Source of the DNA: Candidatus Peribacteria bacterium RIFCSPHIGHO2_01_FULL_51_35
Lineage (GTDB): Bacteria > Patescibacteriota > Gracilibacteria > Peribacterales > Peribacteraceae
Length of the DNA: 64,000 bases
Reading direction: 5' to 3'
Assembly: GCA_001787535.1 (NCBI GenBank)
Contig: MFXP01000015.1
Coordinates: forward strand, 22,549 to 86,548
Part shown: one piece after another, positions 1-8,880 of the stretch
Numbering within the stretch: position 1 is the stretch's first letter
Layout: every line of letters starts with the position of its first letter
Notes under the pieces: model-generated
Told to the model about the DNA's origin: nothing
Seen by the model: the letters and a program-made list of their open reading frames with translations, nothing else
The model's database searches: none
Translations under genes and position numbers: made by a program

Positions 1-13
1 CATTCCGGAACTA

Positions 14-406
14 TTGATTGATAATTTACTCATGACAAAAAATTTGCATTGCGCAAAAATTTTTGGTTTTTGTATTTTGCCCGATCACCTGCATCTTCTC
101 TTGGAACCGGGAGAAAGTGGCCTGAGCATGTTTATGCATTCTTTTAAGAGAAACACGATGCGTGATATTCGTTCCCTTTACCGTAGCGGAAGATCGCCAT
201 CTTCCGCTACGGAGTGCGATGCCATTGCCTGGCAAAAAAGTTTTTATGAAGAACGCATTCGTGATTCTGCACAACGGTCACATGCACTCTCGTACATACG
301 AACCAATCCAGTTCATCATGACCTCTGCGCTTCGATTGAAGATTGGCCTTGGCTATCCGATCATTTTCCTCGTCTCCTAGATCCTATGGAAATCTGGTTT
401 TCGTAA
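14..406 (+). CDS. Y1 (HUH) tyrosine transposase, IS200-like / REP-associated (RayT-like); N-terminus probably cut by the window edge
   Basis: The translation contains FCILPDHLHLLLEP (HUH-type motif context) and a C-terminal SYIRTNPVHH segment with a candidate catalytic Tyr, typical of PF01797-type proteins. The ORF opens at the window edge. Confidence 0.6.
   Translation: MIDNLLMTKNLHCAKIFGFCILPDHLHLLLEPGESGLSMFMHSFKRNTMRDIRSLYRSGRSPSSATECDAIAWQKSFYEERIRDSAQRSHALSYIRTNPVHHDLCASIEDWPWLSDHFPRLLDPMEIWFS
181..212. repeat. Palindrome CCGTAGCGGAAGAT-cgcc-ATCTTCCGCTACGG inside the transposase ORF
   Basis: 14-nt arms are exact reverse complements, read directly from the sequence. The palindrome is translated in-frame as YRSGRSPSSATE. 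Confidence 0.9.
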
Positions 407-427
407 GCGATGCGCGTACAGCGGAAG

Positions 428-452
428 ATACGATCTTCCGCTGCGGTATGGC
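428..452. repeat. Second copy of the AGCGGAAGAT/ATCTTCCGCT palindrome, just 3' of the transposase ORF
   Basis: CAGCGGAAGAT-acg-ATCTTCCGCTG has 11-nt perfect arms and shares its core with the 181-212 palindrome. Confidence 0.9.
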
Positions 453-516
453 CTTTCTGGCATAAAATACGCTCACTTCTTGACTTGTATTCTGCGTTCC
501 TTAAGATCTGCTTCCT

Positions 517-1044
517 ATGTCAACCACCCCATCACAAGAAAACACGCCACGCGGCGAAGCAGAAACTCTCGTGTCCACAGAACACTTCGAGCATCTTCTT
601 GATCTCGGAACCATACAGGACAAAGTGAAAGAGATTTTTGAAAAGATGGAACTGCCCAAAAAGGCGATGCTGTTTCTCTTCGACTGTCATCAGGAACTTG
701 GAAAATTTTGGAGCAAGTTCTCTGACTTTCTTTCCTCCTTGGGCGAAGGGGATGCCAAGCCGAATCCGGCGAAGATCAAAGAATTGCGTGCGGATTTTGC
801 ACATGTTCAGACTCTTCTTGCAAAAGCACAGGGAGTGGATGGGCTAACTGCAGCAGTCTCCTCGAAGCTTTCAAGCCTGAATCTAAACGTGATACAGTTT
901 TCCGACAAATTCGACGGTCTCCTCACTTCTCTACAAACGGAAACAATCACTCATGAAAGAGCAGACGAACTGAGGCAGAGTGTAAGAGGTTTCACATTCG
1001 TCAGCTTGTCTGACGATGAGCCAACGGAAACGGGAAAGCAGTAA
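517..1044 (+). CDS. hypothetical protein
   Basis: 175-aa ORF in an otherwise empty interval with plausible coding composition. No motif recognised. Confidence 0.45.
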   Translation: MSTTPSQENTPRGEAETLVSTEHFEHLLDLGTIQDKVKEIFEKMELPKKAMLFLFDCHQELGKFWSKFSDFLSSLGEGDAKPNPAKIKELRADFAHVQTLLAKAQGVDGLTAAVSSKLSSLNLNVIQFSDKFDGLLTSLQTETITHERADELRQSVRGFTFVSLSDDEPTETGKQ

Positions 1045-1089
1045 AACTGTCACTGGATCTCGCGGTAGCCCTCCAGTAAGGTACTTTCG

Positions 1090-1929
1090 ATGCACTTTGC
1101 AGACGCCCTCACAGAAGCCACAAAGAAGAAATCCCCGGTGTGCGTTGGGTTGGACCCCAAAGTCGATGCTCTTCCGGAAGGAATCAAGAAAGATGCCTCC
1201 GGAGTACTCACATTTAATAAAGGAATCATCGATGCCGTGAAGGACACCGCATGCTGTGTGAAACCGCAGTTGGCATATTACGAATTGCTCGGCTGGGAAG
1301 GCATGAAAGTATTTTTCGAGACGTGCGAATACGCAAAAAAGCAGGGACTCCTGGTGATCGCCGACGGCAAACGCAATGACATCGGCAGCACGTGCGAAGC
1401 GTATGCGGATGCATACTTGGGAAAAGACAGCACCATCGATGCGCTGACAGTAAACCCTTATCTCGGCTCCGACGGAGTGAAGCCGTTCATGGAACGCTGC
1501 AAGAAGAATGACAAAGGCATCTTCATTTTGGTGAAGACAAGCAACGCGAGCTCGGGAGAACTGCAGGATCTGCCGGTGGGGGATGAAGTGGTGCACGAAC
1601 AACTGGCACAACTCGTGGAAAGCTGGGCAACGGAACTTCTTGGAAAGAGTAATTTTTCCAGCATCGGCGCGGTGGTCGGTGCAACGTATCCGGAAGAGAT
1701 GAAATACCTGCGCACGCTGATGCCACACGTGCCGTTCTTGATCCCCGGCTATGGCGCGCAGGGCGGAACGGCGGCGGATGTGAAACACGGGTTCATCCCG
1801 GACGGCACGGGAGCGATCGTGAATGCATCGCGCTCCATCATCAATGCGAGTAAGGGAAAAGACTGGAAAGAAGCGGCGGCGAAAGCTGCAAGTGAAATGG
1901 CAGAGGAAATAAAATTAGCCCTGAAGTAA
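1090..1929 (+). CDS. pyrF: orotidine 5'-phosphate decarboxylase (type 2)
   Basis: The N-terminus SPVCVGLDPK..., the KPQLAYYE segment and the length (279 aa) match long-type PyrF. Confidence 0.9.
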   Translation: MHFADALTEATKKKSPVCVGLDPKVDALPEGIKKDASGVLTFNKGIIDAVKDTACCVKPQLAYYELLGWEGMKVFFETCEYAKKQGLLVIADGKRNDIGSTCEAYADAYLGKDSTIDALTVNPYLGSDGVKPFMERCKKNDKGIFILVKTSNASSGELQDLPVGDEVVHEQLAQLVESWATELLGKSNFSSIGAVVGATYPEEMKYLRTLMPHVPFLIPGYGAQGGTAADVKHGFIPDGTGAIVNASRSIINASKGKDWKEAAAKAASEMAEEIKLALK

Positions 1930-1931
1930 TG

Positions 1932-2033
1932 TTTGCTGGTTTGCTCGTCCGCCTTCGGCGGACTTGTTAGCTGGTTTGCTGGTTCAGTCGCTTTGAACGA
2001 GCAAACAAGCAAACTAGCTAACCAGCAAACAAC
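1932..2033. repeat. GCAAAC-word imperfect palindromic element, copy 1 (between convergent pyrF and the SLH gene)
   Basis: Sequence is TTTGCTGGTTTGCTCGTCCGCCTTCGGCGGACTTGTTAGCTGGTTTGCTGGTT...GAGCAAACAAGCAAACTAGCTAACCAGCAAACA. It is nearly identical to 8758-8848 apart from an extra ~11 nt in the loop and a C/T change in the GTCCGCC-TTCG-GGCGGAC tetraloop. Confidence 0.9.
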
Positions 2034-2037
2034 CGTT

Positions 2038-3681
2038 CTATTCCCACCTCGTTCCCCTCGCCACCGGCTGTCCCAGCTCCACCCAATTGAAGTTGCCCGT
2101 GCCATCCGTCCAGCGAACGGCCCCGTTGGCACTGATGCTGCCGGGTTGATTAAGGGAAATTTGGAGGAATGGATTCTGCGTGCCATTCGTGAGCGAGACG
2201 TCTGCGAAGAGTCTAAGTGTCCGCGATGATCCGCTGCCGATGGCGCCAAGTTCCTCGGGAATATTCGTACAGCTCACGGTATTGCTGCTCATGCTGCATG
2301 CAACGCGCGTGGTGGTGTCCGTTGCCCCCAGTTCCCACCCCGTCGTCTGCACACCCGTCGGTTTGGTGACCTCGAATTCCAACTCCGTGATCTCCAAATC
2401 CGCCTGCGGAATTATTTCTCCACGAAACGCAAAGCCTGCCACCAATTGATCATTGCCCAGCGGGAGAGCATCTTGTTCCTTGAGAGCATTCGTCACTTCC
2501 GTGATCTTTGCCTGAGCCGTTTGATGCTGCGGATACGGAATGTCAGCTGGCAAGGACTGATACGTTTCCTGCGTAAAACCTCCTTCGACCGTCAGAGAAA
2601 AGCTGTCCACCTGAATCATCTCTTCGGACACGCCGCCCGCATTTCTGCCTTTCAGGAGCACCTCGATGCCGAGCACGTTCTCCGTATCCTTGTCCATGAA
2701 ATACGCTCCTTCCGTCGCGAAGCTCGCTTTCCAGGTGAGATCATCCGCATCAAAAACATCAGGTGTCAGGCGACCGATTTCTTTGCCCTGCGCATCGATC
2801 AAAAACATGCTCTCGATGGATTCATATTCTTCCTCCATCACAACAGTGACCCCGCGAATGTACATCGGCTCGCGTGAGGCGAAGAACGATGCGCTTGCGA
2901 TGGGTTCGGAGCGCTCGCCGAGAATGAGGAACCTGCTCTTGGCGGGGAAAGCGGGGAGTGCACCAACGGTGGAAGAAACTGATGATGCAGAAGAGACGGA
3001 GGATCGGGAAGAAGAACGTAAAGACGAGGAACGGCCGGAACTCATGGAACCGGAAAATCCGCTGCGTTCGATGGCTCGATACTCGTCCAATTCTCCTTCC
3101 ATAAACGCTCTGTACGCCGCTGCCAAGCGCGCCATTTGTCCTCGTGTGAGTTGCATATCCATGCGCCCCTCGAGTCCGGGCAAACCGACTCCCGCTGCGT
3201 AGGCACCTTCCCGATACTGCACATACCATTCGTTGCCATCAGGAACCTCTGCAGTGACGGTGTTCAGGATGCCAAGTATTTTGAGTGCTTCGGCATAGTT
3301 CACAAGGCGCTCGGGGTGAAACAATCCGTCGGGATATCCCGAAATCACGCCACGCTTCTTCGCAAGGCACACATACCGCGAAAACCACGCATCACGCGGA
3401 ACATCGGGGAAACATGTATCTGCATCACCGGCAATGACCATGATGTCTGAGCGCGAGAGCAGTGCTATCTTCAAAAACTCTGCGCGATTGATTGTCCTTT
3501 CCGGATGAAAAAAACCATCCGGGTATCCTTGAATAACTTCAAGATTCGTAAGCACGCTTATACCTGCAGCTTCCGGCCGCAGAAATGGCGCATCAAAATA
3601 ATCCTCACTGCGATCGGAATAATCCAATGCAAACGCCGCGAAGGGAATAAGAAGAGCCAGGGAGAGAAGAATGCGTCGCAT
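2038..3681 (-). CDS. secreted SLH-domain (S-layer homology) cell-surface protein
   Basis: Signal-peptide-like MRRILLSLALLIPFAAFA. Three SLH-like repeats (GYPDGFFHPERTINRAEFLKI, FPDVPRDAWFSRYV..., GYPDGLFHPERLVNYAEALKIL). Ser-rich linker followed by a C-terminal domain. Confidence 0.8.
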   Translation of the reverse strand: MRRILLSLALLIPFAAFALDYSDRSEDYFDAPFLRPEAAGISVLTNLEVIQGYPDGFFHPERTINRAEFLKIALLSRSDIMVIAGDADTCFPDVPRDAWFSRYVCLAKKRGVISGYPDGLFHPERLVNYAEALKILGILNTVTAEVPDGNEWYVQYREGAYAAGVGLPGLEGRMDMQLTRGQMARLAAAYRAFMEGELDEYRAIERSGFSGSMSSGRSSSLRSSSRSSVSSASSVSSTVGALPAFPAKSRFLILGERSEPIASASFFASREPMYIRGVTVVMEEEYESIESMFLIDAQGKEIGRLTPDVFDADDLTWKASFATEGAYFMDKDTENVLGIEVLLKGRNAGGVSEEMIQVDSFSLTVEGGFTQETYQSLPADIPYPQHQTAQAKITEVTNALKEQDALPLGNDQLVAGFAFRGEIIPQADLEITELEFEVTKPTGVQTTGWELGATDTTTRVACSMSSNTVSCTNIPEELGAIGSGSSRTLRLFADVSLTNGTQNPFLQISLNQPGSISANGAVRWTDGTGNFNWVELGQPVARGTRWE

Positions 3682-3806
3682 AAACCTTGGAGTGAAATAA
3701 TGAATTGCAATAATTATACAGGAGAGTGCTTCCTCCTAATAAAAAACCCGACTTTACGACGAATAATGACGGAAGATCTTACAAATGCGGGTGTGATGTT
3801 GAATGT

Positions 3807-4415
3807 CTAACGCAGGAACGAGGAAACTTTCGGCAAAAACTTCCCCGTGCGCTTTGCATACTCTGCGTATTTATTTCCGTACGCATTCAGCAATGCGCGC
3901 TCTTCTATCGGAGTTCTCACAAACATCACAATTAAAATCATCAGCAAGAAACCCCCGCCCAGGAGCCAGTTCGCTGTCAGCAAGAAGATGCCTGTCCCCA
4001 ATAATAAAAACGAGAGATACATGGGATGTCGTACATACAAATACGGTCCCGTTGTAATGACATTTCCTCCCGGACGGATTTGAACTGTTCCGGTGAAGTT
4101 TCGGGAAAGATATTTCTGCACCCAAATAAGCATAATGATCCCCAAGACACTCAGGGCAAAACCACTCCAACGAACCTCCGGCACGAGCGCCAGTTGCGAC
4201 CATGTGAGCAACGGTGGCCATATGGCATATGCCAAAAATGCCAGTATCAATGGAAGACCAAGCAAAACTCGAAGATGACGAAACGATCCCTCCCCTTTGG
4301 TATTTTGTTTCACGCCCGATGCCGCGTCTGCATATCCACTGAAGTACATACGGATTGCGACAACCGCCATGAGCAAAAGCAGTGATGCTGTGTGAAATGG
4401 ATACTCAGCTTCCAT
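3807..4415 (-). CDS. isoprenylcysteine carboxyl / phospholipid methyltransferase family membrane protein
   Basis: Polytopic membrane protein with the RHPMYLSFLL..G motif typical of the ICMT/PEMT family. Confidence 0.7.
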   Translation of the reverse strand: MEAEYPFHTASLLLLMAVVAIRMYFSGYADAASGVKQNTKGEGSFRHLRVLLGLPLILAFLAYAIWPPLLTWSQLALVPEVRWSGFALSVLGIIMLIWVQKYLSRNFTGTVQIRPGGNVITTGPYLYVRHPMYLSFLLLGTGIFLLTANWLLGGGFLLMILIVMFVRTPIEERALLNAYGNKYAEYAKRTGKFLPKVSSFLR

Positions 4416-4439
4416 GTTTTTATTCTAGCATGGTGATCA

Positions 4440-4709
4440 TCACTGCGATTGAGGTATCGCCTTAAGAGTTTCGCGCAACATGTGTTTCAAAGCCCCCTTC
4501 CCTTGTGTAGTCTTTAGATATTTTTCACGTCGAAGTGCGTCATCTTGAGAAATATATGCTTCAGCAAAGATGAGCTTCCATGGCCTCTTGGCTTTCGTTG
4601 AAGTGACACTGCCTTTGTTATGAGTTTCAAGTCGCTGTTTCAAGTCAGTTGTATAACCAACATAGAGCTGGTCATTTTGCTGACTTCGAAGAACATACAC
4701 TGTAAACAT
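4440..4709 (-). CDS. GIY-YIG nuclease family protein (small, stand-alone)
   Basis: MFTVYVLRS...LYVGYTTDLKQRLETHN... is the GIY-(10-11 aa)-YVG motif followed by R..H/N. The start is placed at the internal Met of ORF 4440-4736. Confidence 0.8.
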   Translation of the reverse strand: MFTVYVLRSQQNDQLYVGYTTDLKQRLETHNKGSVTSTKAKRPWKLIFAEAYISQDDALRREKYLKTTQGKGALKHMLRETLKAIPQSQ

Positions 4710-4870
4710 GGTCTTGCAATTATAGTCTCGTAACATGCATCCGCAACATACGGAACAAGCCCCGTAGTGTGCGCTTCGCGCAACTACAGGGCACGAAGCA
4801 TGCGCTGTGCCCCATTATCATTTCATAATTTCGTGGCCTGCCATGAAGTTGCGCCGCAGCGCATACTTCG

Positions 4871-4945
4871 TGGTGGTCCCGGCGGGAATCGAACCTGCAT
4901 TTACCCCTTAGGAGAGGGTCGTTCTATCCATTGAACTACAGGACC
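4871..4945 (-). tRNA. tRNA-Arg (anticodon CCU), CCA encoded
   Basis: The reverse complement folds as a cloverleaf: acceptor GGTCCTG/CGGGACC, D arm GTTC..GAAC, anticodon stem ACCCT/GGGGT with loop CTCCTAA, T loop TTCGATT. There is one A-C mismatch in the T stem. Confidence 0.75.
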
Positions 4946-5000
4946 ATGAAAAAAGCTTACAGCGGATCGTGCATCCCTTAAAGCTCCCTTGGCACAAAAT

Positions 5001-5546
5001 TTACGCCGCCATCACCACGATCTCTCTGCCCTCCGCCGGCAGTGATCCTTTCAGTTTGTATTCCGAAACGCGCTCTTTTCCCTGCGCACCGCAAGCACGG
5101 AGCACTTCGCTTTCCAATTTTTCATTCTCATCCGGCACGAGGATGAGAACGCGCGGATCAAATTCATCGACTAACTTTTGAACCAACTTTACATCACCCT
5201 GCGGAAGCACGAGGAGGTCGATCTCGCCCACGGTCTCCAATTGATGATCCGTCCAATCTTGGAGAGGGCCGGAGAGGAAGGCGCAGTGCACGCCATCCAC
5301 CTCGGCAACAAAAGAGACTTGTTGCCCTTCTCGTTGCCCGATTCCTTTCAAAGAGACATCGGCAATGTTGTATTCGCCCGGCCAGGAAATGGTGCCTTTG
5401 GATGGCTCCTCTTCCGGAGCAGAGAGCAAGGCAACGGCATCTTTCCATGCAGACTTTTCCGTCTTTTTTCCCGGAAAAATGACGAGTGGTTTTCCACCAC
5501 CTGTGCACTTGAGTGTGGAGCCGCCGAGAGAAGAAAACGTAAGCAA
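5001..5546 (-). CDS. hypothetical protein (possibly a degenerate MBL-fold protein)
   Basis: 181-aa ORF. The weak resemblance to UPF0173/MBL-fold proteins lacks the HxHxDH motif, so the call is tentative. Confidence 0.4.
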   Translation of the reverse strand: MLTFSSLGGSTLKCTGGGKPLVIFPGKKTEKSAWKDAVALLSAPEEEPSKGTISWPGEYNIADVSLKGIGQREGQQVSFVAEVDGVHCAFLSGPLQDWTDHQLETVGEIDLLVLPQGDVKLVQKLVDEFDPRVLILVPDENEKLESEVLRACGAQGKERVSEYKLKGSLPAEGREIVVMAA

Positions 5547-5596
5547 GCCGAAGCAGCATACTCAATAATTGAGATTAAGAAAAGCATAGAAAAGAC

Positions 5597-5681
5597 GCAA
5601 AGGAAACAGAGGAAACAAAAGAATCTCCAGGATCGCTTGCGTCCTCTGAGTCCTTTGCTTCATTTGTTTCCTCTGTTTCCC
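5597..5681. repeat. GGAAACA-word long hairpin between murA and the downstream ORF
   Basis: GGAAACAGAGGAAACAAA (5601-5618) is exactly complementary to TTTGTTTCCTCTGTTTCC (5663-5680). The loop is about 44 nt. Confidence 0.85.
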
Positions 5682-6946
5682 TATTTTTCAATTCTCTCAA
5701 TTTGAGCACCCAATCCCCGGAGCTTCTCATCCAGCTTGTCGTAGCCCCGTTCTATGTAGTGGACGTCCGTGATGGTGGATTCGCCTGTGGCGCAGAGCCC
5801 TGCCAGCACCATGGCTGCACCGGCGCGGATATCGTTGCTGGCAACCGTGCGGCCACGGAGTGGCGTCGGACCGATGATGAGTGCTTGGTGTGCATTGAGG
5901 ACTTCTATATGTGCGCCCATCTTCTCCAGTTCGTAGAGGTACGCCATGCGCCCCTCAAATAAACATTCGAAGATGCGGCTCACGCCCTTGGCTTGCGTCA
6001 TCAGAACCCCAAGCGGCGGGAGGAGGTCTGTCGGGAAACCCGGGTAGATGTTCGTCTGCACTTTCGTGGAAACCAAGGACGAGAGTTCTCCGTCCACAAA
6101 GAGGACATTTTCCGCGGCATCATATTTCCAAATGCCTCCCATGCGGGCAACGACATCCAGAAAGAGGAGAAGATGCTCGGGATCCGTGCCATGGAGACGC
6201 ACTTTTCCTCCGGTGACGAGCGCGGCGAGGACAAAGACGCCCGCTTCCAGGTAATCCGGGACAACAGTCTCCGTTGCGCAGGCCAGATCTTTTTTTCCGC
6301 GAATCTTCACCGTGTGCGTGCCGACGCCATCCACCTCCGCACCCATGTGCTGCACCATCCGCTCCACTGCCTGCACGTGCGGCTCTGCCGCGGCGATGGA
6401 AACGGTTGTTTCGCCGGGGAGCAATGCGGCAGCCAGCACGACGTTCTCGGTCGCCGTCACGGAAAATTCCGACAGGACGACGTGCGCGGGCTTCAGCGAT
6501 CCTTGTAAATGTACGACCTCCTCTGTGCTCATGTTTTTGGCTCCCAATTGTTCCAGTGCGGAGATGTGCGCACCCACGGGACGTTTGCCCAGCACGCATC
6601 CTCCGGGGTACGACATTTCTGCCACGCCGAAGCGTGCGAGCAGCGGTCCCAGCAGCACGATGGAGCCGCGCAATTTGGAAACGTACTCCGAAGGGATGGG
6701 TTTGCTTGTGAGCTTGTGCGTGCGAATGCGAACGGTGCCTTCCTGGAAGGATGTCTCCGCCCCCAAAAATTCCAGGATATCCAGAAGCGTCCGGATGTCG
6801 CGCAGGTGCGGCACATTGTGCAAGACCGTTTCACCGGCACAGAGAATGCTCCCTGCGATCAGCGGGAGCGCTGCATTTTTGGAGCCGCTGATTGTCACAT
6901 CCCCGCGAAGCGGCACTCCTCCCCGAATGCGATAGTTGATGTCCAT
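5681..6946 (-). CDS. murA: UDP-N-acetylglucosamine 1-carboxyvinyltransferase
   Basis: Full-length 421 aa with SGSKNAALP, a C..LGKRPV segment (catalytic Cys region) and a typical MurA C-terminus. Confidence 0.95.
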   Translation of the reverse strand: MDINYRIRGGVPLRGDVTISGSKNAALPLIAGSILCAGETVLHNVPHLRDIRTLLDILEFLGAETSFQEGTVRIRTHKLTSKPIPSEYVSKLRGSIVLLGPLLARFGVAEMSYPGGCVLGKRPVGAHISALEQLGAKNMSTEEVVHLQGSLKPAHVVLSEFSVTATENVVLAAALLPGETTVSIAAAEPHVQAVERMVQHMGAEVDGVGTHTVKIRGKKDLACATETVVPDYLEAGVFVLAALVTGGKVRLHGTDPEHLLLFLDVVARMGGIWKYDAAENVLFVDGELSSLVSTKVQTNIYPGFPTDLLPPLGVLMTQAKGVSRIFECLFEGRMAYLYELEKMGAHIEVLNAHQALIIGPTPLRGRTVASNDIRAGAAMVLAGLCATGESTITDVHYIERGYDKLDEKLRGLGAQIERIEK

Positions 6947-7003
6947 AAGGACTAGAAGTGTAGCAGAAAGGAAGGTGGAGGGATTGGCTTATAGATGCCA
7001 AAT

Positions 7004-7090
7004 AAGCAGAAAGCGCAGAGTAGAAAGCATAGAGCGGACGGGAAAGCGCATCCTTTACTTTCTGCTCTATGCTCTTTGCTTTCTGCTTTT
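7004..7090. repeat. CAGAAAGC-word hairpin (same family as 63745-63828)
   Basis: Left arm AAGCAGAAAGCGCAGAGTAGAAAGCATAGAGC, right arm TTTACTTTCTGCTCTATGCTCTTTGCTTTCTGCTTTT. It lies between the lspA stop and the murA start. Confidence 0.85.
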
Positions 7091-7525
7091 CTCGATTACC
7101 CATTCCAAAAGCAACAATGCCACTCCGATGGTGATGAACGAGTCTGCGACATTGAAGACGGGAAACGTTCCCACTTGAAAAAAATCCGTCACAAATCCGT
7201 CGCGCAGACGATCCAAAATATTTGCGAGTGCACCGCCGAGTATCATCCCGAATCCAACATGTGTGAGAAGCGTCTTCGTGGACCTCACTGCAAAAATTGC
7301 GACGAGAACAAGTGCTGCGAGGATCAAAATTTCTTGGAATCCCGCAGGGAGCTGCAGCCCGAATGCGATGCCGGGATTCAGTGCCGGGTCAAGTCCGATG
7401 AATTGACCGATAATGGCAATACGCTCGACGAGATAGACATCGGCAAGAAGCTTCGCGGCGAAGCTAAGGGCAAAACTGAGTGCGCCGACAAGGAGAAGGA
7501 TTTGCACGAGAAGATGATATACCAC
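7067..7525 (-). CDS. lspA: lipoprotein signal peptidase II
   Basis: NPGIAFGL and FPVFNVADSFITIGV motifs, 152 aa, four TM segments. Confidence 0.9.
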   Translation of the reverse strand: MVYHLLVQILLLVGALSFALSFAAKLLADVYLVERIAIIGQFIGLDPALNPGIAFGLQLPAGFQEILILAALVLVAIFAVRSTKTLLTHVGFGMILGGALANILDRLRDGFVTDFFQVGTFPVFNVADSFITIGVALLLLEWVIEKSRKQRA

Positions 7526-7558
7526 TCCGCGATCGCACGTTATACTCCCTGCCCGAAC

Positions 7559-8749
7559 ATGTTCCGCCGCATCGATTTTCTGCTCCTCGGCATCACGATA
7601 GTGTTGACATTCTTCGGCCTCGCGATGATCGCGAGCGTCAGCGTGTTCGAAAGCTACCAGATCACGCAGCGTCTGACGGATGAGGGCTTGCGCGCAGCGC
7701 CCACCAATTCCTTTTATCTATGGCGCAGCTTCCTCCACATCGTCGTCGGCATGTCCGCGATGACGGTGATGATCATCCTTCCGTATAAGATGTGGCAGCG
7801 TCTTGCTCGACCGCTGTTTCTCTTAAGCATCGTTCTTTTAATTGCGCTGTTTATTCCCGGCATCAGCGCGGGATACGGCAGCGCAGCCAGTTGGCTGCGC
7901 TTGGGTCCTTTTTCCTTGCAGCCATCGGAGGTTTTAAAGATCACGCTGATTTTTTATCTGGCGGTGTGGCTGCAGAAACGCGAGCAACTGATCGGAACGT
8001 TTAAGGAGGGATTCGTTCCGTTCGTGTCGCTCCTCGTTCTCTCCACACTGCTCGTCGCCATTCAACCGGACTTGGGTTCTTTCTTCGTCATTGCCGGCAT
8101 CGCGTGCGTCATGTTTTTCATTGCGGGAGGAAATCTGTTTCACCTGCTTATGGGCGGAGGCGCGGCGGCGCTCCTTGGCCTCCCGATCATTCTCAATAAA
8201 GAATATGTGCGAGCGCGCTTCATGGCATTCTTGAATCCCACGGACCCGAACATCTCGGAAACCATCGGATTCCAGATCAAGCAGGCGCTCATCGCCATCG
8301 GTTCCGGCGGGTTCTTTGGCGTCGGATACGGAAAATCCATTCAAAAATTCGGCTACCTGCCGGAAGTCCAAGCGGACATGGTCTTCTCCGCGATGGCGGA
8401 GGAGCTTGGTTTCTTTCGGGTCATGCTCGTGCTGCTGATGTACAGCATCCTCGTCATCCGAGGGTACAAGATCGCACAAGAAGCGCCGGATAGGTTCGGA
8501 TTCATGGTGGCAACGGGCATCACGACCTGGATAGCCTTTCAAACCATTGTGAACCTCGCAGTGAATCTTTCGCTCTTCCCACTCACAGGACTCACGTTGC
8601 CCTTCATCAGCTACGGAGGATCTTCGCTCGTGTCTATTTTGATCGGCGTCGGGGTGCTTCTGAATATTTCCATGCACTCGACGGAGGAAGCCAGCATGGC
8701 AAGAAGGGCGAGGAAGACGAAGGTGGGGATTAGAAAATTATTCGCCTGA
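7559..8749 (+). CDS. ftsW: FtsW/RodA/SpoVE family peptidoglycan glycosyltransferase
   Basis: Polytopic SEDS protein (..QPSE..K.., ..LPFISYGGSS..) upstream of murG. The start is set at ATG 7559 (MFRRIDFLLLG) because the longer ORF would overlap lspA. Confidence 0.85.
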   Translation: MFRRIDFLLLGITIVLTFFGLAMIASVSVFESYQITQRLTDEGLRAAPTNSFYLWRSFLHIVVGMSAMTVMIILPYKMWQRLARPLFLLSIVLLIALFIPGISAGYGSAASWLRLGPFSLQPSEVLKITLIFYLAVWLQKREQLIGTFKEGFVPFVSLLVLSTLLVAIQPDLGSFFVIAGIACVMFFIAGGNLFHLLMGGGAAALLGLPIILNKEYVRARFMAFLNPTDPNISETIGFQIKQALIAIGSGGFFGVGYGKSIQKFGYLPEVQADMVFSAMAEELGFFRVMLVLLMYSILVIRGYKIAQEAPDRFGFMVATGITTWIAFQTIVNLAVNLSLFPLTGLTLPFISYGGSSLVSILIGVGVLLNISMHSTEEASMARRARKTKVGIRKLFA

Positions 8750-8757
8750 TTTGTAAG

Positions 8758-8848
8758 GTTTGCTGGTTTGCTCGTCCGCCTTTGGCGGACTTGTTAGCTG
8801 GTTTGCTGGTTAACGAGCAAACAAGCAAACTAGCTAACCAGCAAACAA
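8758..8848. repeat. GCAAAC-word imperfect palindromic element, copy 2 (between ftsW and murG)
   Basis: Almost base-for-base identical to 1932-2033. Confidence 0.9.
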
Positions 8849-8880
8849 AATCGTAGGGCAAGAACAGGTAGAATACACTC

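Noticed and set aside
4431-4455. Possible duplicated tRNA-Arg 3' end downstream of the first GIY-YIG gene, by analogy with the tRNA-Leu case
   Set aside because: TGGTGATCATCACTGCGATTGAGGT matches the tRNA 3' end at only about 13 of 25 positions (7 of the first 8). That is not convincing as a target duplication.
5702-6955. Multiple long ORFs antisense to or out of frame with murA (for example 6312-6935, 6120-6599), and similar sets inside the operon genes, dnaE, mfd and rnj
   Set aside because: These are typical shadow ORFs of GC-rich coding sequence. Their translations are Arg/Ala/Pro-rich and lack motifs, and each is fully contained in a confidently assigned gene.
6995-7558. Long N-terminal extension of the ftsW ORF (584-aa track ORF)
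   Set aside because: The extension lies antisense to the well-supported lspA gene and has no SEDS-family similarity. The SEDS homology starts at MFRRIDFLLLG (ATG 7559).
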